A stretch of DNA of 64,000 nucleotides from Octopus sinensis. Taxonomy: Eukaryota. The stretch lies in assembly GCF_006345805.1 (NCBI RefSeq), contig NC_042999.1, forward strand, positions 151,342,001 to 151,406,000, read 5' to 3'. Within the stretch, counting starts at the first letter, position 1; each line of letters starts with the position of its first letter. Both the position numbers and the translations under genes were made by a program. The notes beneath the pieces were generated by a model that saw only the letters and a list, made by a program, of their open reading frames with translations, was not told the origin of the DNA and ran no database searches. This document shows positions 63,513 through 64,000 of this stretch, one piece after another.

Positions 63513-64000
63513 ACATACATAGATGTGTACCTCTGTGCATGCACTTCTCTGAAAGTCCAAACTACAATTAGTTGTGTTGTTGCCATTTCCTCTGTCACAA
63601 AATTGTCTATTAGCTTTGTACCTTCAAAGATGTATGAAATAACGAATCTCTTACTTGAAAAATAAGGCAGATATAGCATCAGAAAAGATACCAAAATTAA
63701 GTGAATTTAACATTTTTGTGCATTATTAAATGCTTAGAGTGGTTCTTCCATAACATGGTTTCTTCAGTTTAAACACTTTCTCAGATCAAGGCATCTACTA
63801 GATTTTTTTATGCTTTTATTCTTTTACATGTTTCTGTCATTTGACTGTGGCCATGCTGGAACACCACCTTTTAGTCAAACAAATAGAACCAAGACTTATT
63901 CTTTGTAAGCCTAGTACTTATTCTATCGATGTCTTTTGCCAAACTGCTAAGTTACAGGGATGTCAACACACCAGCATCAGTTGTCAAGCGATGTTGGTGG

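Overview
AT-rich eukaryotic genomic DNA packed with microsatellites and interspersed repeats. The repeat families look like those of Octopus (inference, not verified). It holds two spliced genes arranged head-to-head. (1) DNALI1 (axonemal inner-arm dynein light chain p28) is on the minus strand: ATG at 34195, five firmly supported GT-AG exons down to 12713, and a tentative divergent terminal exon at 3509-3565. An RFX X-box lies 44 bp upstream of its ATG. (2) ELP1/IKBKAP (Elongator subunit 1) is on the plus strand: ATG at 37953 and 14 consecutive in-phase exons to 61840 (about 572 codons); the gene continues past the window. The introns carry tRNA-derived SINEs, RTE-tail retroposons, fragments of RTE, Tx1/L1 and RLE-type LINEs, a hAT relic, MITE/HINE-like elements, candidate solo LTRs and two Penelope-like element (PLE) 3' ends. 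The most interesting signal is a set of minimal type-I hammerhead ribozyme motifs in PLE terminal repeats, with family-specific stems and unusual cores (U4C, A6U, and a compensatory U3:A8 pair). Several long foldback or inverted-repeat structures in introns could form dsRNA. No rRNA, true tRNA gene or CRISPR array was found. Nearly all ORFs in the supplied track are microsatellite or repeat artefacts.
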